From assembly GCA_965367815.1 (NCBI GenBank), contig CBDUKN010000001.1:1-64000 (forward strand): DNA of 64,000 nt. Reading direction: 5' to 3'. This DNA comes from an uncultured Thermoprotei archaeon. Lineage in GTDB: Archaea > Thermoproteota > Thermoprotei > Thermofilales > B15-G2. This document shows, one piece after another, positions 10,354-21,301 of this stretch. The translations under genes and the position numbers were made by a program. Within the stretch, counting starts at the first letter, position 1. Each line of letters opens with the position of its first letter. Under the pieces are notes generated by a model that worked only from the letters and a program-made list of their open reading frames with translations, was not told where the DNA came from and did not search any database.

Positions 10354-11577
10354 ATGGGCGCTGATGACACGAGTAATGAATTTGAATACAAGCCCCGTCC
10401 TGTTAAAGCCATATTGAAAGAAATGAAAAATCTATCTGAGCTAATGATTGATTTAGCTTACTACTCCGCTCTTTACGGAGACGTTCAGTTAGCAGAAGAA
10501 GTATTTAAGCTCGAAAAACGGATAGACTTTCTTCAAATGCTACTGAGCATGCAGGCAGCTTTAGCTACTAGAAGTAGGTCCGCCGCAGAGAAAATAGTCA
10601 GCATTTACGCCATAGCTACTGCCGCGAACAGGGTCTCGGACGCCGCCGCAGATATTGCCCGAATGACTGTTAAGAAAATAAAAATTCCACGGGACTTCGC
10701 TTTAACAGTCTACGGAGAAGAAGACTTTGTGGCAACCATTAAAGTACCGAAAGAACTTAATGGAAAAAGTCTCGCAGAACTGTTCTCCGAAACAGGTGTA
10801 GTAGTCGACGTGCTTATTGCTAGAAGAGGCACTAAAATATATTTAGAGCCTCCAGAGAACTTCAGGCTACGTAGCGGAGATATCCTCGTAGTCAGAGGCA
10901 CTTTTAGCAATGTTAGACAATTCTCTAAATACTTCGGAGTAAATATTACAGACCGTGAAGAAGTTTTAGAAAAGAAGTATAAGCCCATAGTAAACATGCT
11001 GCTTTCATTCAAAAGAATTTCGAGAGTATGTGTAGACTTAGCCTATGTAGCTGTACTTACTAGAAGTGAAGACATAGCTAAAAAAGTTCAGGAACTAGAG
11101 GAATACACAGACCTTCTTTTAGACCAAGTGAGTGAAGAAATTTTCAGAGAAAAAGATCTCACGCTAAAAGAGCGACTAGGTGGATTATGGATAGCTATAG
11201 CGAGTGAAGACATAGCTGACGCCGCAGCCGAAATGGTGGAACCGCTTCTCAAAGGACTTGAACCACACCCCCTACTTACAGACATAATAGGCAAGGCTGA
11301 TGAAAGAATAAGCGTAATTGAAATAGATGAAAAGGATCACGGTAGGACTTTAAATCAGCTAAAGTATTCTGAAAAAGGTATTAAAATTCTAGCTGTCAAA
11401 AGAAGGGACGAGTGGTACGTTTTGCCCCGCGAAGACTTTGAAGTATGTAAAGGAGATATACTTATCATAAAATATTCGGCAGAACTCGAGCCTTTAGTAG
11501 AGCAACTTGAGCATGAAGAAGATAGAGAAGAAATAATAGAGGAAATACAAGAAGCAGAGTGGGAGGAAGAAGAGTAA
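10354..11577 (+). CDS. PhoU/TrkA-C domain protein (potassium channel family, tandem duplication)
   Basis: EMKNLSELMIDLAY repeated, AAADIA, and TrkA-C GDILVVRG motifs; next to mgtE. Confidence 0.85.
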   Translation: MGADDTSNEFEYKPRPVKAILKEMKNLSELMIDLAYYSALYGDVQLAEEVFKLEKRIDFLQMLLSMQAALATRSRSAAEKIVSIYAIATAANRVSDAAADIARMTVKKIKIPRDFALTVYGEEDFVATIKVPKELNGKSLAELFSETGVVVDVLIARRGTKIYLEPPENFRLRSGDILVVRGTFSNVRQFSKYFGVNITDREEVLEKKYKPIVNMLLSFKRISRVCVDLAYVAVLTRSEDIAKKVQELEEYTDLLLDQVSEEIFREKDLTLKERLGGLWIAIASEDIADAAAEMVEPLLKGLEPHPLLTDIIGKADERISVIEIDEKDHGRTLNQLKYSEKGIKILAVKRRDEWYVLPREDFEVCKGDILIIKYSAELEPLVEQLEHEEDREEIIEEIQEAEWEEEE

Positions 11578-11578
11578 A

Positions 11579-14419
11579 TTAGGCTTCAACAAATATTCCT
11601 GGTTTTAGCGGAGCAGCTACTTTAGCTTTAGGATGATCACTTTCTTCTGCCTTAGTTATCTTTACTTCGCATTTATATTCTTTTTCAAGAAAATCTTTAG
11701 CCTCACTGAGAGCTAGAAGTTCTTTATCTCTGGAGTCTATGAGAGTAGGCTCGGGCTTCGCTTTAATAAGTGATGTAGCGTACTTAACTGCTTCTCTACC
11801 GTGCTTTCTTACTTCAGGTATTTGCATGATTCGCTTAACTAAGTCTTTAGTATCTTTTATTGCTTCTCTTAAAATAATGTATTTCCATTCAGGTGCTACG
11901 AAAAGTGTTATTCTTGAAGGTTTCTCTATTTTAGTTACTTTAAGTATTTCTGAAATATCCTCGTGAAGCGACATGATGTACTCTTCTATTTCTTCGCTAA
12001 GCTTATCGACTTTAGATTTATCGGGTTTAGGCCAGGGCGCTGTAGAGATAAACGGTTTTCTACCCCACTTCTCCCAGATTTCTTCAGCTAAGTGAGGTAT
12101 GAAGGGAGCTACTAACTTCACTATAGTTTCTAGTGCTTCGCGGTAAGCTGGACCAGGTTTTCCACGTCTCCTTAAGTACCATCTGATATCATTTAAGGGG
12201 TTGAAGAAAGCTTGTTGAAGAGCTGTTCTAGTTCTGAGTTCTTCTATAGCTTTAGTTGATTCCTCAATATAGTGCTGCATCCGGCTAGCAAGCCACCTGT
12301 CTATTTCTTTCCACTCCTCATCGATATTCTGCTCTGGGAGCTTTACAGCCATGTCATAGAACACCGCGAGTTTGTCTCTTATTGCCTCAACTTCTTCTGA
12401 TCTCCAGTCAGGGTCTTCTAGTCCTTCTCCGCAGTAAGCAAGAGCAAAGCGAGAGACATCAGCGCCGTACTTTTCTAGAACTTGCTCCATTGTTATGAAG
12501 TTGCCATAGCGCTTGCTCATTTTGCGGCCCTCGACCATAATCATTCCGTTTGCTCCTACAGCTCTAGGCCAGTGTTCAGGACGGAAAATCGCTATATGAT
12601 GAAATATGAAGAAAGTTAAGTGGTTGTATATGAGCTCTTTAGCGCTGTTTCTGAGGTCTACTGGATACCAGTACTCGAATTCTCTGCGCATATCTTCAAT
12701 AAGCTTAGGGTCTAGGCCAGACCTTTTTGCAATTTCCTCTAAATTACCTTTACCTAGGAAAATGTAATCGAAAACTTCGTCGGTAAGTTTTTCGGCAGGT
12801 ATCTTGTACTGGTTAATGTACTTTGCTATAGTGTAGTATGCCATATAGATTACACTGTCAGAGAGCGTCTCAACAATCCACTCTGGGTCCCATGGTAGAG
12901 GAGTACCTAGTCCTGTTTTACGTGCACATGGCTTATCGTTAAGCCAGTCTATAGTCGCCTCAAATGCCTGCCTAGCTTCCTCCGGGTAAATCTTCATTTT
13001 AGCTAAGTGCTCTTTGACTCTCCTCTTCCACTCAGGGTCACCATACTTGAGGAACCACTGGTTCTCAAGAATCTTTACGTGACATCTAGTTGTACATCTG
13101 CATATAACGACGTCAGCTGGATCCCACATAGTGTCAGCAAAACCTTTTTCGCGTAGATCTTTCGCTATTTTCTCTTTAGCTTCAGAAACCTTCATTCCCG
13201 CGTACTCTCCACAGTTCTCTTTCATTACTCCTAAGTGGAACTCTTTTTTGTAAACTTCCTTAGTCGCGTCTTCGGCCTTGGGATCATTCTGGTCTTTAAC
13301 TCCGAGTCTTTCTACAACTTCGATAGCTGGATGCTCTCCATAGCCTTCCACTTTAATAATCGAAATAGGCTCAATACTATCTAGTATTGAGGAATCTACA
13401 CCGTACTTCTTGAGTTCTCCAGGATTTCTCTTGAGGTCTCTTAAAGCTAAGTAATCGTAAGGAGCATGACTAGGCACACTCATTACAATACCTGTTCCTG
13501 TTTCAGGATCCACAAAAGACGCTGGAAGAATATATACTTCATCTCCTCTTACGGGATTAATGCACTTCTTTCCTATTAGCTCGCTTCCCTTAAATTCTCT
13601 TATAACGTTTACTTTTCTCAGCTGGTCTTTCAGCTTAACTACAGTTTTCTTACTTATGTACCATATTTCGCCGTCAATGCTCGCTTCAACATAGGTGGCG
13701 TCAGGATTTATCCAGATGTTAGTTACGCCGAAGATTGTTTCGGGTCTAAAAGTAGCTACTACTATGAAGCCATTTTCATACTTGAATTTAATTAAAGTGA
13801 CTTCAACTGGTGAAACTCCTTCGCCTTCAAGTCTATCGTGGTCACCTGTAGGGCTCTGACAGTGAGGACACCATATTACTGGATGTGTTCCTTGGTAAAC
13901 ATATCCTTTCTTCCTGAGCGTATTGTACTGCCATTCAATAAAACGGCTGTATGGAGGACAAAGTGTAGTCGTTACAAATTCTCTGCGCCAATCGATAGAA
14001 AAGCCCATTCTCTTCATGTCTCTTTTAGCCTTTCTAATATAAAACTCGACAATGTGCTTAGGGTCTGTAAACTTCTTTATTTCCTCGGGAGGAACTCCGC
14101 TTTCTGCTAGAATCTTTATTTGAACAGGATCTCCCTTTTTAACTCGCTCAGCTACACCTTGAATAGGTTCTCCTGTAGCATGCCATCCTTGAGGAAAAAG
14201 AACATTATAGCCCTGCATGCGCTTAAATCGCGCATAGACATCTACTTTCATGCACGTATAGGCATGCCCTAAGTGAAGAGGTCCGTTCATGTAGGGATAC
14301 GGGAACGTTACGAAACATTTAGGACGAGAATAGTCCGGATCTGCTTCAAAGAGTCTAGCTTCCTCCCAGCGCTTCTGCCACTTTTCCTCTATCTTCTTGA
14401 AGTCAACAATAGGACACAC
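11579..14419 (-). CDS. leuS: Leucine--tRNA ligase (archaeal type)
   Basis: FPYPYMNGPLHLGH, CP1 editing motif GTGIVMSVPSHAPYD, KMSKR, C-terminal PLKPGIFVE. Confidence 0.97.
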   Translation of the reverse strand: MCPIVDFKKIEEKWQKRWEEARLFEADPDYSRPKCFVTFPYPYMNGPLHLGHAYTCMKVDVYARFKRMQGYNVLFPQGWHATGEPIQGVAERVKKGDPVQIKILAESGVPPEEIKKFTDPKHIVEFYIRKAKRDMKRMGFSIDWRREFVTTTLCPPYSRFIEWQYNTLRKKGYVYQGTHPVIWCPHCQSPTGDHDRLEGEGVSPVEVTLIKFKYENGFIVVATFRPETIFGVTNIWINPDATYVEASIDGEIWYISKKTVVKLKDQLRKVNVIREFKGSELIGKKCINPVRGDEVYILPASFVDPETGTGIVMSVPSHAPYDYLALRDLKRNPGELKKYGVDSSILDSIEPISIIKVEGYGEHPAIEVVERLGVKDQNDPKAEDATKEVYKKEFHLGVMKENCGEYAGMKVSEAKEKIAKDLREKGFADTMWDPADVVICRCTTRCHVKILENQWFLKYGDPEWKRRVKEHLAKMKIYPEEARQAFEATIDWLNDKPCARKTGLGTPLPWDPEWIVETLSDSVIYMAYYTIAKYINQYKIPAEKLTDEVFDYIFLGKGNLEEIAKRSGLDPKLIEDMRREFEYWYPVDLRNSAKELIYNHLTFFIFHHIAIFRPEHWPRAVGANGMIMVEGRKMSKRYGNFITMEQVLEKYGADVSRFALAYCGEGLEDPDWRSEEVEAIRDKLAVFYDMAVKLPEQNIDEEWKEIDRWLASRMQHYIEESTKAIEELRTRTALQQAFFNPLNDIRWYLRRRGKPGPAYREALETIVKLVAPFIPHLAEEIWEKWGRKPFISTAPWPKPDKSKVDKLSEEIEEYIMSLHEDISEILKVTKIEKPSRITLFVAPEWKYIILREAIKDTKDLVKRIMQIPEVRKHGREAVKYATSLIKAKPEPTLIDSRDKELLALSEAKDFLEKEYKCEVKITKAEESDHPKAKVAAPLKPGIFVEA

Positions 14420-14521
14420 CCTTAATGGTGTAGCACTGTTCGTATTTAAGATTAACTATACTATTTACGTAGAGAAAATTATTGAAATAAGTGTTATATT
14501 TCCTCCTAACAGTATCCTACA

Positions 14522-17056
14522 GTGACAAAGGGCAAATGTTATCTCGTTGGAAACTCGCACATCGATGCAGCATGGCTATGGAGAATAGATGAAACAATAC
14601 ATGTAGTATGCAAAGAGACATTTTCTAGAGTTCTCGAATTAATGGATAAGTACCCTGACTTTAAGTTCAGTCAAAGTAGCGCTCAGTACTACGAGTGGAT
14701 GGAGAAATACTACCCTGAAATTTTCAATAAAATTAAAGAGAAAGTCAAGAAAGGTCAATGGGAAATTGTTGGAGGAATGTGGGTAGAATCCGACCTAAAT
14801 ATACCTTCAGGAGAATCTCTTGTAAGACAGTTCCTTTACGGCAAGAGATATTTCTTAGAGAAATTCGGTGTAGAAGTTGAAGTAGCTTGGCTAGTTGACA
14901 GCTTTGGTTTTTGCTGGACTTTGCCTCAAATAATGGCTAAAAGTGGAATAAAGTACTTCATAACACAGAAGCTCAGATGGAACGACATGACGATATTCCC
15001 CTACAATATTTTCTGGTGGGTAGCACCAGACGGCTCTAAAGTACTAGCTCATCAGACAGTAGGAAGCTATGTTGCCTTAACTAGAGGAGAAAACATAAAG
15101 AAGGAAATAGAAACTCTGGAAAAAAGACACGGAGTACGAGAACTAGCAATACTCTATGGCTTCGGAGACCATGGCGGAGGACCGACAGAAGAAATGATAG
15201 AGAAAATACTAAAGCTAATGAAGAGAAAAGACTATCCCGAAATAAAGTTCTCCTTTATAATAGACTACTTCAAGAGACTTGAAGAACTCTCTAAGACAAT
15301 AAAATTCCCTGAACTATGCGATGAACTATATCTACAGTACCATAGAGGAACATACACTACTATAGCTAAAGTAAAGTGGAATAATAGGAAGAGTGAAGTA
15401 GCCTTAGAGAACTCAGAGAAACTAGCATCTATAGCTAAACTATTTGGAGCAAAGTATCCTCATGAAGAACTCACAAAAGCATGGAAAAAGGTCCTATTAA
15501 ACCAGTTCCATGACATTATATGCGGCTCATCAATACCTGAAGTTTACGAAGACTCTGAGAAAGATTTTCAAGAAGTATTTAACATAGTTAACAAAACTAT
15601 TAAAGACTCTTTGAACACAATAGCAAGTCAAGTAAAAACAGACTCTAAATCAGTAGTAGTCTTCAATACTCTCTCGTGGAGGAGAACAGATCTCGTAGAA
15701 ATAGATGTTCCTGAAGAAAACATAATAGTAGAAGACCATGCCGGAAACGAGGTACCATCGCAGAAAACAGCTGAAGGCAAGCTACTGTTCTTAGCTAAAG
15801 ACGTTCCGCCTTTAGGCTATAAGGCGTATCGTTTGAAATCAGTAGATAAAGTACCTGAGTATAAGACTGACCTTGAGGTACTAGAGAAGGATAATAAAAT
15901 AGTTCTTGAGAACAAGTACTTGAGCGTAGTTATAGACAAGAAAACTGGAGTAATTAAGAGCATTTTCGACAAAAAGCATGGAGTAGAAGTAGTTGATGAA
16001 AGAAAAGGAGCTAATGTCATACAGATTTTCGAAGACTGTCCTACTGAGGGAAGAGCAGGCATACTAGGTGGAGGAGACGCCGTAGTCTACGACGCCTGGG
16101 AAATATACATATTCCAGCAGCGCGGCGGAGTAAAGTACGTTGAGCTAAAAGAACCTCTAGAAATAAAAGTAGTAGAAAAGGGCCCTGTGAGAGCAACAGT
16201 CGAAGTGAAGTACAAGTACTCTCAAGAAGGAAGACCAGACTCCTTCTTCACTATTAAAATAATGCTAGCTACAGAAACACCGCGAGTAGACTTCGAGCTC
16301 CATGCAGACTGGCATGCTGCACACAGACTAGCCAAAGTCGCCTTTAACTTAGCTCTAGAAAGCGACTTCGCTACATATGAAATACCGTACGGCTTTATAG
16401 TGCGTAGACATCCGACTTCACCTTACGCTACATTAGAGGAAAGAGCTAAATGGGAAGCTCCTGGACAGAAGTGGCTAGACTACACTGACGAAGAGAAAGA
16501 CTATGGTGTAAGCCTATTAAACGACTGTAAGTACGGCTTCGATACATCTATGGGTCTACTGAGAATGACGCTATTCCGCAGCCCTAGACACCCGCCTCGC
16601 TATGGAGAACCCTGGGATATAGCTAAAGGAGAATTTATGGATCAAGGACACCACGTAGTAAAGTACTCACTTTACATGCATAAAGGAAGTTGGAAAGAAG
16701 CAGGAACTGTGAATAAAGCCTACGAGTTCAACTACCCGCTTTTAGCAGAGATTACTGGAGCACATGACGGAAAACTGCCACCAGAATACTCATTTATACA
16801 AATAGAGCCAGAAACAGTAATATTAACCGTAGTCAAGAAAGCTGAAGACTCAGACGACGTAGTGTTGAGATTCTACGAGACATGCGGCAAGGAAACAAAC
16901 TACACAATAAAGCTGTCAAAAGAAATCAAAGTATCGGGAGTCTATGAAACAGATCTACTCGAAAGACCTTTAAATAAACTAGAAGTAAAAGACAATGCTA
17001 TTAAAGGAAAAATAGGGAAGTGTGAAATAAAGACGTTATTACTCAAGACTCCTTAA
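14522..17056 (+). CDS. Alpha-mannosidase, GH38
   Basis: SHIDAAWLW, GESLVRQ, DSFG, GDHGGG, HRGTYT, NQFHDI, LLNDCKYG motifs. Confidence 0.95.
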   Translation: MTKGKCYLVGNSHIDAAWLWRIDETIHVVCKETFSRVLELMDKYPDFKFSQSSAQYYEWMEKYYPEIFNKIKEKVKKGQWEIVGGMWVESDLNIPSGESLVRQFLYGKRYFLEKFGVEVEVAWLVDSFGFCWTLPQIMAKSGIKYFITQKLRWNDMTIFPYNIFWWVAPDGSKVLAHQTVGSYVALTRGENIKKEIETLEKRHGVRELAILYGFGDHGGGPTEEMIEKILKLMKRKDYPEIKFSFIIDYFKRLEELSKTIKFPELCDELYLQYHRGTYTTIAKVKWNNRKSEVALENSEKLASIAKLFGAKYPHEELTKAWKKVLLNQFHDIICGSSIPEVYEDSEKDFQEVFNIVNKTIKDSLNTIASQVKTDSKSVVVFNTLSWRRTDLVEIDVPEENIIVEDHAGNEVPSQKTAEGKLLFLAKDVPPLGYKAYRLKSVDKVPEYKTDLEVLEKDNKIVLENKYLSVVIDKKTGVIKSIFDKKHGVEVVDERKGANVIQIFEDCPTEGRAGILGGGDAVVYDAWEIYIFQQRGGVKYVELKEPLEIKVVEKGPVRATVEVKYKYSQEGRPDSFFTIKIMLATETPRVDFELHADWHAAHRLAKVAFNLALESDFATYEIPYGFIVRRHPTSPYATLEERAKWEAPGQKWLDYTDEEKDYGVSLLNDCKYGFDTSMGLLRMTLFRSPRHPPRYGEPWDIAKGEFMDQGHHVVKYSLYMHKGSWKEAGTVNKAYEFNYPLLAEITGAHDGKLPPEYSFIQIEPETVILTVVKKAEDSDDVVLRFYETCGKETNYTIKLSKEIKVSGVYETDLLERPLNKLEVKDNAIKGKIGKCEIKTLLLKTP

Positions 17057-18016
17057 TCTTTTAAGTCTTTTTATAATATCTATTTTATCATTAACCACTT
17101 TACTTTCAAAAAACTCTTTCGGCAATTCTCTTGTAGTAGATAATATTACTTTAAATTCTTTTATTTCCTGAATCCACCGTTTAGCTAAGTCTCTAAAGTC
17201 GTCTCTCTTAATTTTCTGTCTAAGAATTTCGGGAAAAAGGCCAGTCATCAAGATAGCTGTAGGGATTTTGTCGACTAATTTCTTTAAAACCTTAGTGTAG
17301 CTAATATATTCTTCAAAAGACGACAACTGTCTTAAAGTAAGAGGATGAATTCCTCGATAAACTGTCATTAGTCTAGTCAAGTCGCTTAAAAGAAGAATGT
17401 TTCCCGGGCTATGGAAAACAGGTATTTTATCGGCTTTCCTTGCGATAATAGCTAGCTCAGTGAGCTGTGGAACAAAATACTTAGCAATAAAGGCGCCTCT
17501 ATAACGTAGCGTCTTGAAGCCCACAAGATTTTCTAATACCATAATTCCATCTATTTCCTCAACTTCACAGACAGCCTCTATACACTCTTCAAGAAACTCA
17601 TTTATTCTCTTAATCAACTTTGAGGCCTCTTTCTCATTATATTTAATTAACTCATTGAAATTATTCGAAGTCAGGTACTCGGCCAAAAAACTGTAGCCCT
17701 CTACTTTAACTAAAGTAAACTTTTTCTTAAACCAGCTTACCTCTCTCTTTATATTCCTAACAGTTTCTTCGCAGAGGCCCTCTGCAAAGATCTCATATTC
17801 ATCAATATCTAGCTCGCTCGCCCATTCCTCTAAACTCTTTTTAGGCGTTAGAAGTCCTTTTGTAACATATTTGCTTAGAGAAAGAGTTAAAGGTCTTGTA
17901 TCGAGAATATCGCTATTCTCATACTGAAAACTCAGTGGACGCACCTCTAAGTATATCGGATATTCCTTTAATTCTCCGCTGTGAAAGTACTCGATTAAAT
18001 CATCTTTACTCAGCAT
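17039..18016 (-). CDS. Divergent uroporphyrinogen decarboxylase / MtaA-like TIM-barrel protein
   Basis: Residual pattern DGIMVLEN, KYFVPQL, PVFHSPGN, GIHPL, ILST. Confidence 0.5.
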   Translation of the reverse strand: MLSKDDLIEYFHSGELKEYPIYLEVRPLSFQYENSDILDTRPLTLSLSKYVTKGLLTPKKSLEEWASELDIDEYEIFAEGLCEETVRNIKREVSWFKKKFTLVKVEGYSFLAEYLTSNNFNELIKYNEKEASKLIKRINEFLEECIEAVCEVEEIDGIMVLENLVGFKTLRYRGAFIAKYFVPQLTELAIIARKADKIPVFHSPGNILLLSDLTRLMTVYRGIHPLTLRQLSSFEEYISYTKVLKKLVDKIPTAILMTGLFPEILRQKIKRDDFRDLAKRWIQEIKEFKVILSTTRELPKEFFESKVVNDKIDIIKRLKRLRSLE

Positions 18017-18043
18017 TCTCCCGATAAACTATACTAATAACAC

Positions 18044-18871
18044 CTATGTTTTTATTACTTCAAGTCCCCTTTCTTGAGCGACCTTTAAGACTAGTTTTCG
18101 ATGAGCACTTCTGAGCCCCTTCCAGTCTATAAGAATAGTATTTACTTTTTCCAGAGTTCTATCAATAGCCATAGAGACTTCTTTCTCGGTAATCTGGTCG
18201 AAGACGTATTTTGGTACAATATGTCCTAAAGCAATATCAGTTTCAAGTATATCTTTGACAAAATGAGTATAGTGTGGTCCACCGAAGCCAGCAGCTATTT
18301 TCTGATACTTTTTCTTAGAAAAGGCTGCTCTATAAATAGCATGAGCTACAGCTTCTCCAGCAATATCTATTCCCCACTCCTTTTCACTGCTTCCAAGCTC
18401 CACGAAGATAGCCGGAAGTTTTTCAAAATAGGGTCCGTGGTGGGTTACTTCTAAACCGACATACCAGTTATCTAAGCCCTTTTCTTTCTGTGCCTCAATT
18501 AGTCCTAGTAGGGCCTCGCGAAGTAGGCTGGCTGGAGCAATACACACAGCTTTCGGTTTTCCACCGTAAAGTGTTTCTTTAGTCCAGTTTCCTGGAACAT
18601 GCGCTAAGAGAGAAGGAATAGCTTTCTCGGACTTGTGTTTAGATGCAAAAATAACTGCTTCAGCCTTAATGTGGTTTTCTAAGTAATCTGAGTAGATAGA
18701 CTCACTGTTAATAACTACTATTTTGACATCATCTAGCTCGTATACAGGATTATTTTCAAATACTTCGCTTGTTTTTCTAAAACCATAGCAGTTCACTAGT
18801 TTATCTAAAATATTCATTCCAGCTTTATCAAGCTTCGAAGCAATTATAACTATACGCGCTTCTACAGCCAC
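18044..18871 (-). CDS. dtdA: D-aminoacyl-tRNA deacylase (DTD2)
   Basis: SKLDKAGMNI, FASKH, HVPGN, EVTHHGP, FVELGS, GFGGPHY, IDWK motifs. Confidence 0.93.
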   Translation of the reverse strand: MAVEARIVIIASKLDKAGMNILDKLVNCYGFRKTSEVFENNPVYELDDVKIVVINSESIYSDYLENHIKAEAVIFASKHKSEKAIPSLLAHVPGNWTKETLYGGKPKAVCIAPASLLREALLGLIEAQKEKGLDNWYVGLEVTHHGPYFEKLPAIFVELGSSEKEWGIDIAGEAVAHAIYRAAFSKKKYQKIAAGFGGPHYTHFVKDILETDIALGHIVPKYVFDQITEKEVSMAIDRTLEKVNTILIDWKGLRSAHRKLVLKVAQERGLEVIKT

Positions 18872-18876
18872 ACATG

Positions 18877-19860
18877 CTAGATAGGTGGCGCTACTTTAGC
18901 TTTTTCTTCTTTAGGCAGGTTAATCCACTTCATGAACTCTTCGCTTGGAGGATTTTCTTCGAAAAGTTTCTTTCTATTTGCTTCGAGAAATCTGTTCTCC
19001 TCGCCTAGAAACTCTGCAGCAGTAAATATTTTTCTTCGATGCTTTTCTGCTTTTTTAAATAAGTCTTCCAAGTACCTTTTCCATTCACAGTCACGTAGCA
19101 TATGATGACTAACCACAGTAATTCGAGAAAGAAGCGCTAACCTAGACAAATTATCTAGAGCTTTAGCTAAATTATCTTCACTAAGCTTTCTTCCTCTAAG
19201 ATAAGTGGGAGGCCCACCTAGAATAAGTAAGTCGGGTACTTCTGAGGCAATATAGCTGTAACTTTTGTCCGATATAGGTCCCTGAACATCGGGGGCGAAA
19301 ACAAGTTTCTCTACACCATCGTATTCAACTGAAATAACTAAAACATACCCTAACTTAGTGTCATCAGGGCCATGAGGCAAGGGAGGAGAAAACTTTACAA
19401 CAGTTTTTCCGAACTCCATTTGAACTCCGTCAGCTACTTTAAGTTCGGAGACGATATCTTTAACTAGCTTAGTAAAAACATGAGCTCTCTTCTTTTGATT
19501 AAAGTTAATATTATTTACAGGATCTTTTATTAAAAGAATTTTATTAGAGTATATTTCAACGTAAGTATCCTCACTAGTCCACTCATAGTGGCTTGCAAAC
19601 CCGGGAGTAAAGTGGTCAAAATGATAGTGAGAAACAGTAATTACATCAGCTTTTCTAGCATACCCAATTATCTTTTTACGAGCGTCACGTACAGCTTTAA
19701 ACTCCTCTACATGAGGAGGAAGACCTTCACGCCTAGGGCACAGAGAAACACCAGCATCCAGGAGAATTTTGACATCAGGTGTCTCAACATACGTACACAT
19801 AGACCTTACTCCAAGGCTCTCGTCAGCCAAAGGAATGACTCTGATGTGCTGTAGCACCAC
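18877..19860 (-). CDS. UPF0282 family metallo-beta-lactamase-fold hydrolase
   Basis: ESLGVRSM, SHYHFDH, PHG, DVQGP, HHMLRD motifs. Confidence 0.88.
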   Translation of the reverse strand: MVLQHIRVIPLADESLGVRSMCTYVETPDVKILLDAGVSLCPRREGLPPHVEEFKAVRDARKKIIGYARKADVITVSHYHFDHFTPGFASHYEWTSEDTYVEIYSNKILLIKDPVNNINFNQKKRAHVFTKLVKDIVSELKVADGVQMEFGKTVVKFSPPLPHGPDDTKLGYVLVISVEYDGVEKLVFAPDVQGPISDKSYSYIASEVPDLLILGGPPTYLRGRKLSEDNLAKALDNLSRLALLSRITVVSHHMLRDCEWKRYLEDLFKKAEKHRRKIFTAAEFLGEENRFLEANRKKLFEENPPSEEFMKWINLPKEEKAKVAPPI

Positions 19861-20042
19861 TAGAATACTAGCACAAAAGAACTATCTATTCATTTCGTTT
19901 AAACAGTTCACAGCGAATTACCAGTTTTTTATGTTCTCGTATAGTAAAGGATTATTGGAACAACGCTAGAGTTAAAGCTTACTGTAGCTTATAAGATAAA
20001 AATTAAAAAGAGCAAATTTACTTGTTTATTTATTCTTGATTT

Positions 20043-21062
20043 CTAAAGTACATATAATATTCTTTCAGGAAACTCTTGATATATAACAATCCATTCTTTT
20101 TTAATGGAATATACCTTAGAAACAGCTATTTTAGGAATGATGACTTCGAAGCATGGGCTTACCTCATGTTCAGTAATTATTTTTTCAGCGCTATCTGTTA
20201 AGTAAATGTAAGTGTTTATTTCGAGGGGATGTGCATTTAGTGTTTTTAGAATATCTAAATATTTTTCGTGGCCTATTATTTGAATCCAATGTGCTTTAGT
20301 TGATTTTTCAAAGCTTTTAAGTAATAGGTTTAATGTTTTTCTAATGTTATATTTTTCGTTTAGCCATATTCCTGTAACTACTCTTTTAATGAAATTAAAG
20401 TGCGCCTGTTTTTTGGAAGTTGTAAGAATTAAGGGAGTTTCCTGGTTTGTAGCTAAGCCCGTTATTACACCTAATATAGTTTCTTTTTTATGTAAAGCTA
20501 TTAAACTATGTCTAATATATTTTATAGTTTTTGTTTTATTGTCTTTATTTAAGAAAATTTTATACAAGTATATGGTGCCGTGCTCTAACTTGTTTATCTG
20601 TTCGGCAACAAAGTTAACTATTTTCTTATAGATTTCCGGCTTCTTTTCTTGTAAATCAATATATTTTGTTTGAAATAGCCTAATTAAATAATCTCTAAAT
20701 ATATCTAAGTAACTGCCTTTAAGAAAGCATGTCTCTACTTCATGCTCATCGAAATTCTCTCCCAAAGATACTTCCGTATTTTCTACTTCATTTAAGGCGT
20801 CTGATACCGCCTCGCCTTGCCTTGTTAACCTGTATCCTTCACTAGTTTTCTCTAATATTCCTGCTTTACATAGCTGTTTTAAGTGATAATCAAGAAGCCC
20901 GCACTGTGTTAATGGATTTAGATTAAGAGCTTCTAGAAGATCTGTGAAGCTTGCATGTTTTCTTTTCCTAATAGTTTTCGCTATTGTGAGTCTTGCTGGA
21001 TGTGATAGCGCTTTAAATATTAATGCTATCTCTTTCATATCTATCAGTAGTATTACTTGCAT
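20043..21062 (-). CDS. ArsR-family winged-helix regulator with large C-terminal (GNAT-like?) domain
   Basis: IFKALSHPARLTI...LDYHLKQL...YRLTRQG. C-terminal fold is uncertain. Alternative start ATG 21038. Confidence 0.7.
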   Translation of the reverse strand: MQVILLIDMKEIALIFKALSHPARLTIAKTIRKRKHASFTDLLEALNLNPLTQCGLLDYHLKQLCKAGILEKTSEGYRLTRQGEAVSDALNEVENTEVSLGENFDEHEVETCFLKGSYLDIFRDYLIRLFQTKYIDLQEKKPEIYKKIVNFVAEQINKLEHGTIYLYKIFLNKDNKTKTIKYIRHSLIALHKKETILGVITGLATNQETPLILTTSKKQAHFNFIKRVVTGIWLNEKYNIRKTLNLLLKSFEKSTKAHWIQIIGHEKYLDILKTLNAHPLEINTYIYLTDSAEKIITEHEVSPCFEVIIPKIAVSKVYSIKKEWIVIYQEFPERILYVL

Positions 21063-21255
21063 TAAAACTTATATTCTTTTTTAACAAGAAATTTTGTTAT
21101 AATAATTTATATCTAACTCTTATAAAACATTTAGCAAGATATTATTCAATCTAATTAACTAAACTAAGTATTCACTCAAAACTATCAGCTTTGATTCCGA
21201 CTGTTTTACTGCAAGCTTTACAGTATTCAGAAACAAGGTCTCTGTGAGCTAGCCA

Positions 21256-21301
21256 TTTGCATATGTTCCATATATTAGGGTATTGTAGGAACAAATGCAA
21301 A
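21256..21301. promoter_or_regulatory. 14-bp inverted repeat (putative operator) abutting the BRE/TATA of the peptide gene
   Basis: TTTGCATATGTTCC (21256-21269), 18-bp spacer, GGAACAAATGCAAA (21288-21301); 13/14 complementary. TATA-like TTTTATTA at 21303-21310. Confidence 0.65.

Noticed and set aside
12505-12530. LeuRS KMSKR instead of KMSKS (possible inactive paralog)
   Set aside because: The catalytic second Lys, the HIGH-like motif and the editing site are intact; KMSKR is a tolerated variant.
21217-21230. 14-bp TTTACAGTATTCAG whose reverse complement occurs at 49399-49412 (possible att site or shared operator)
   Set aside because: A few 14-mer matches are expected by chance in 64 kb of AT-rich DNA; no integrase and no extension of the match.
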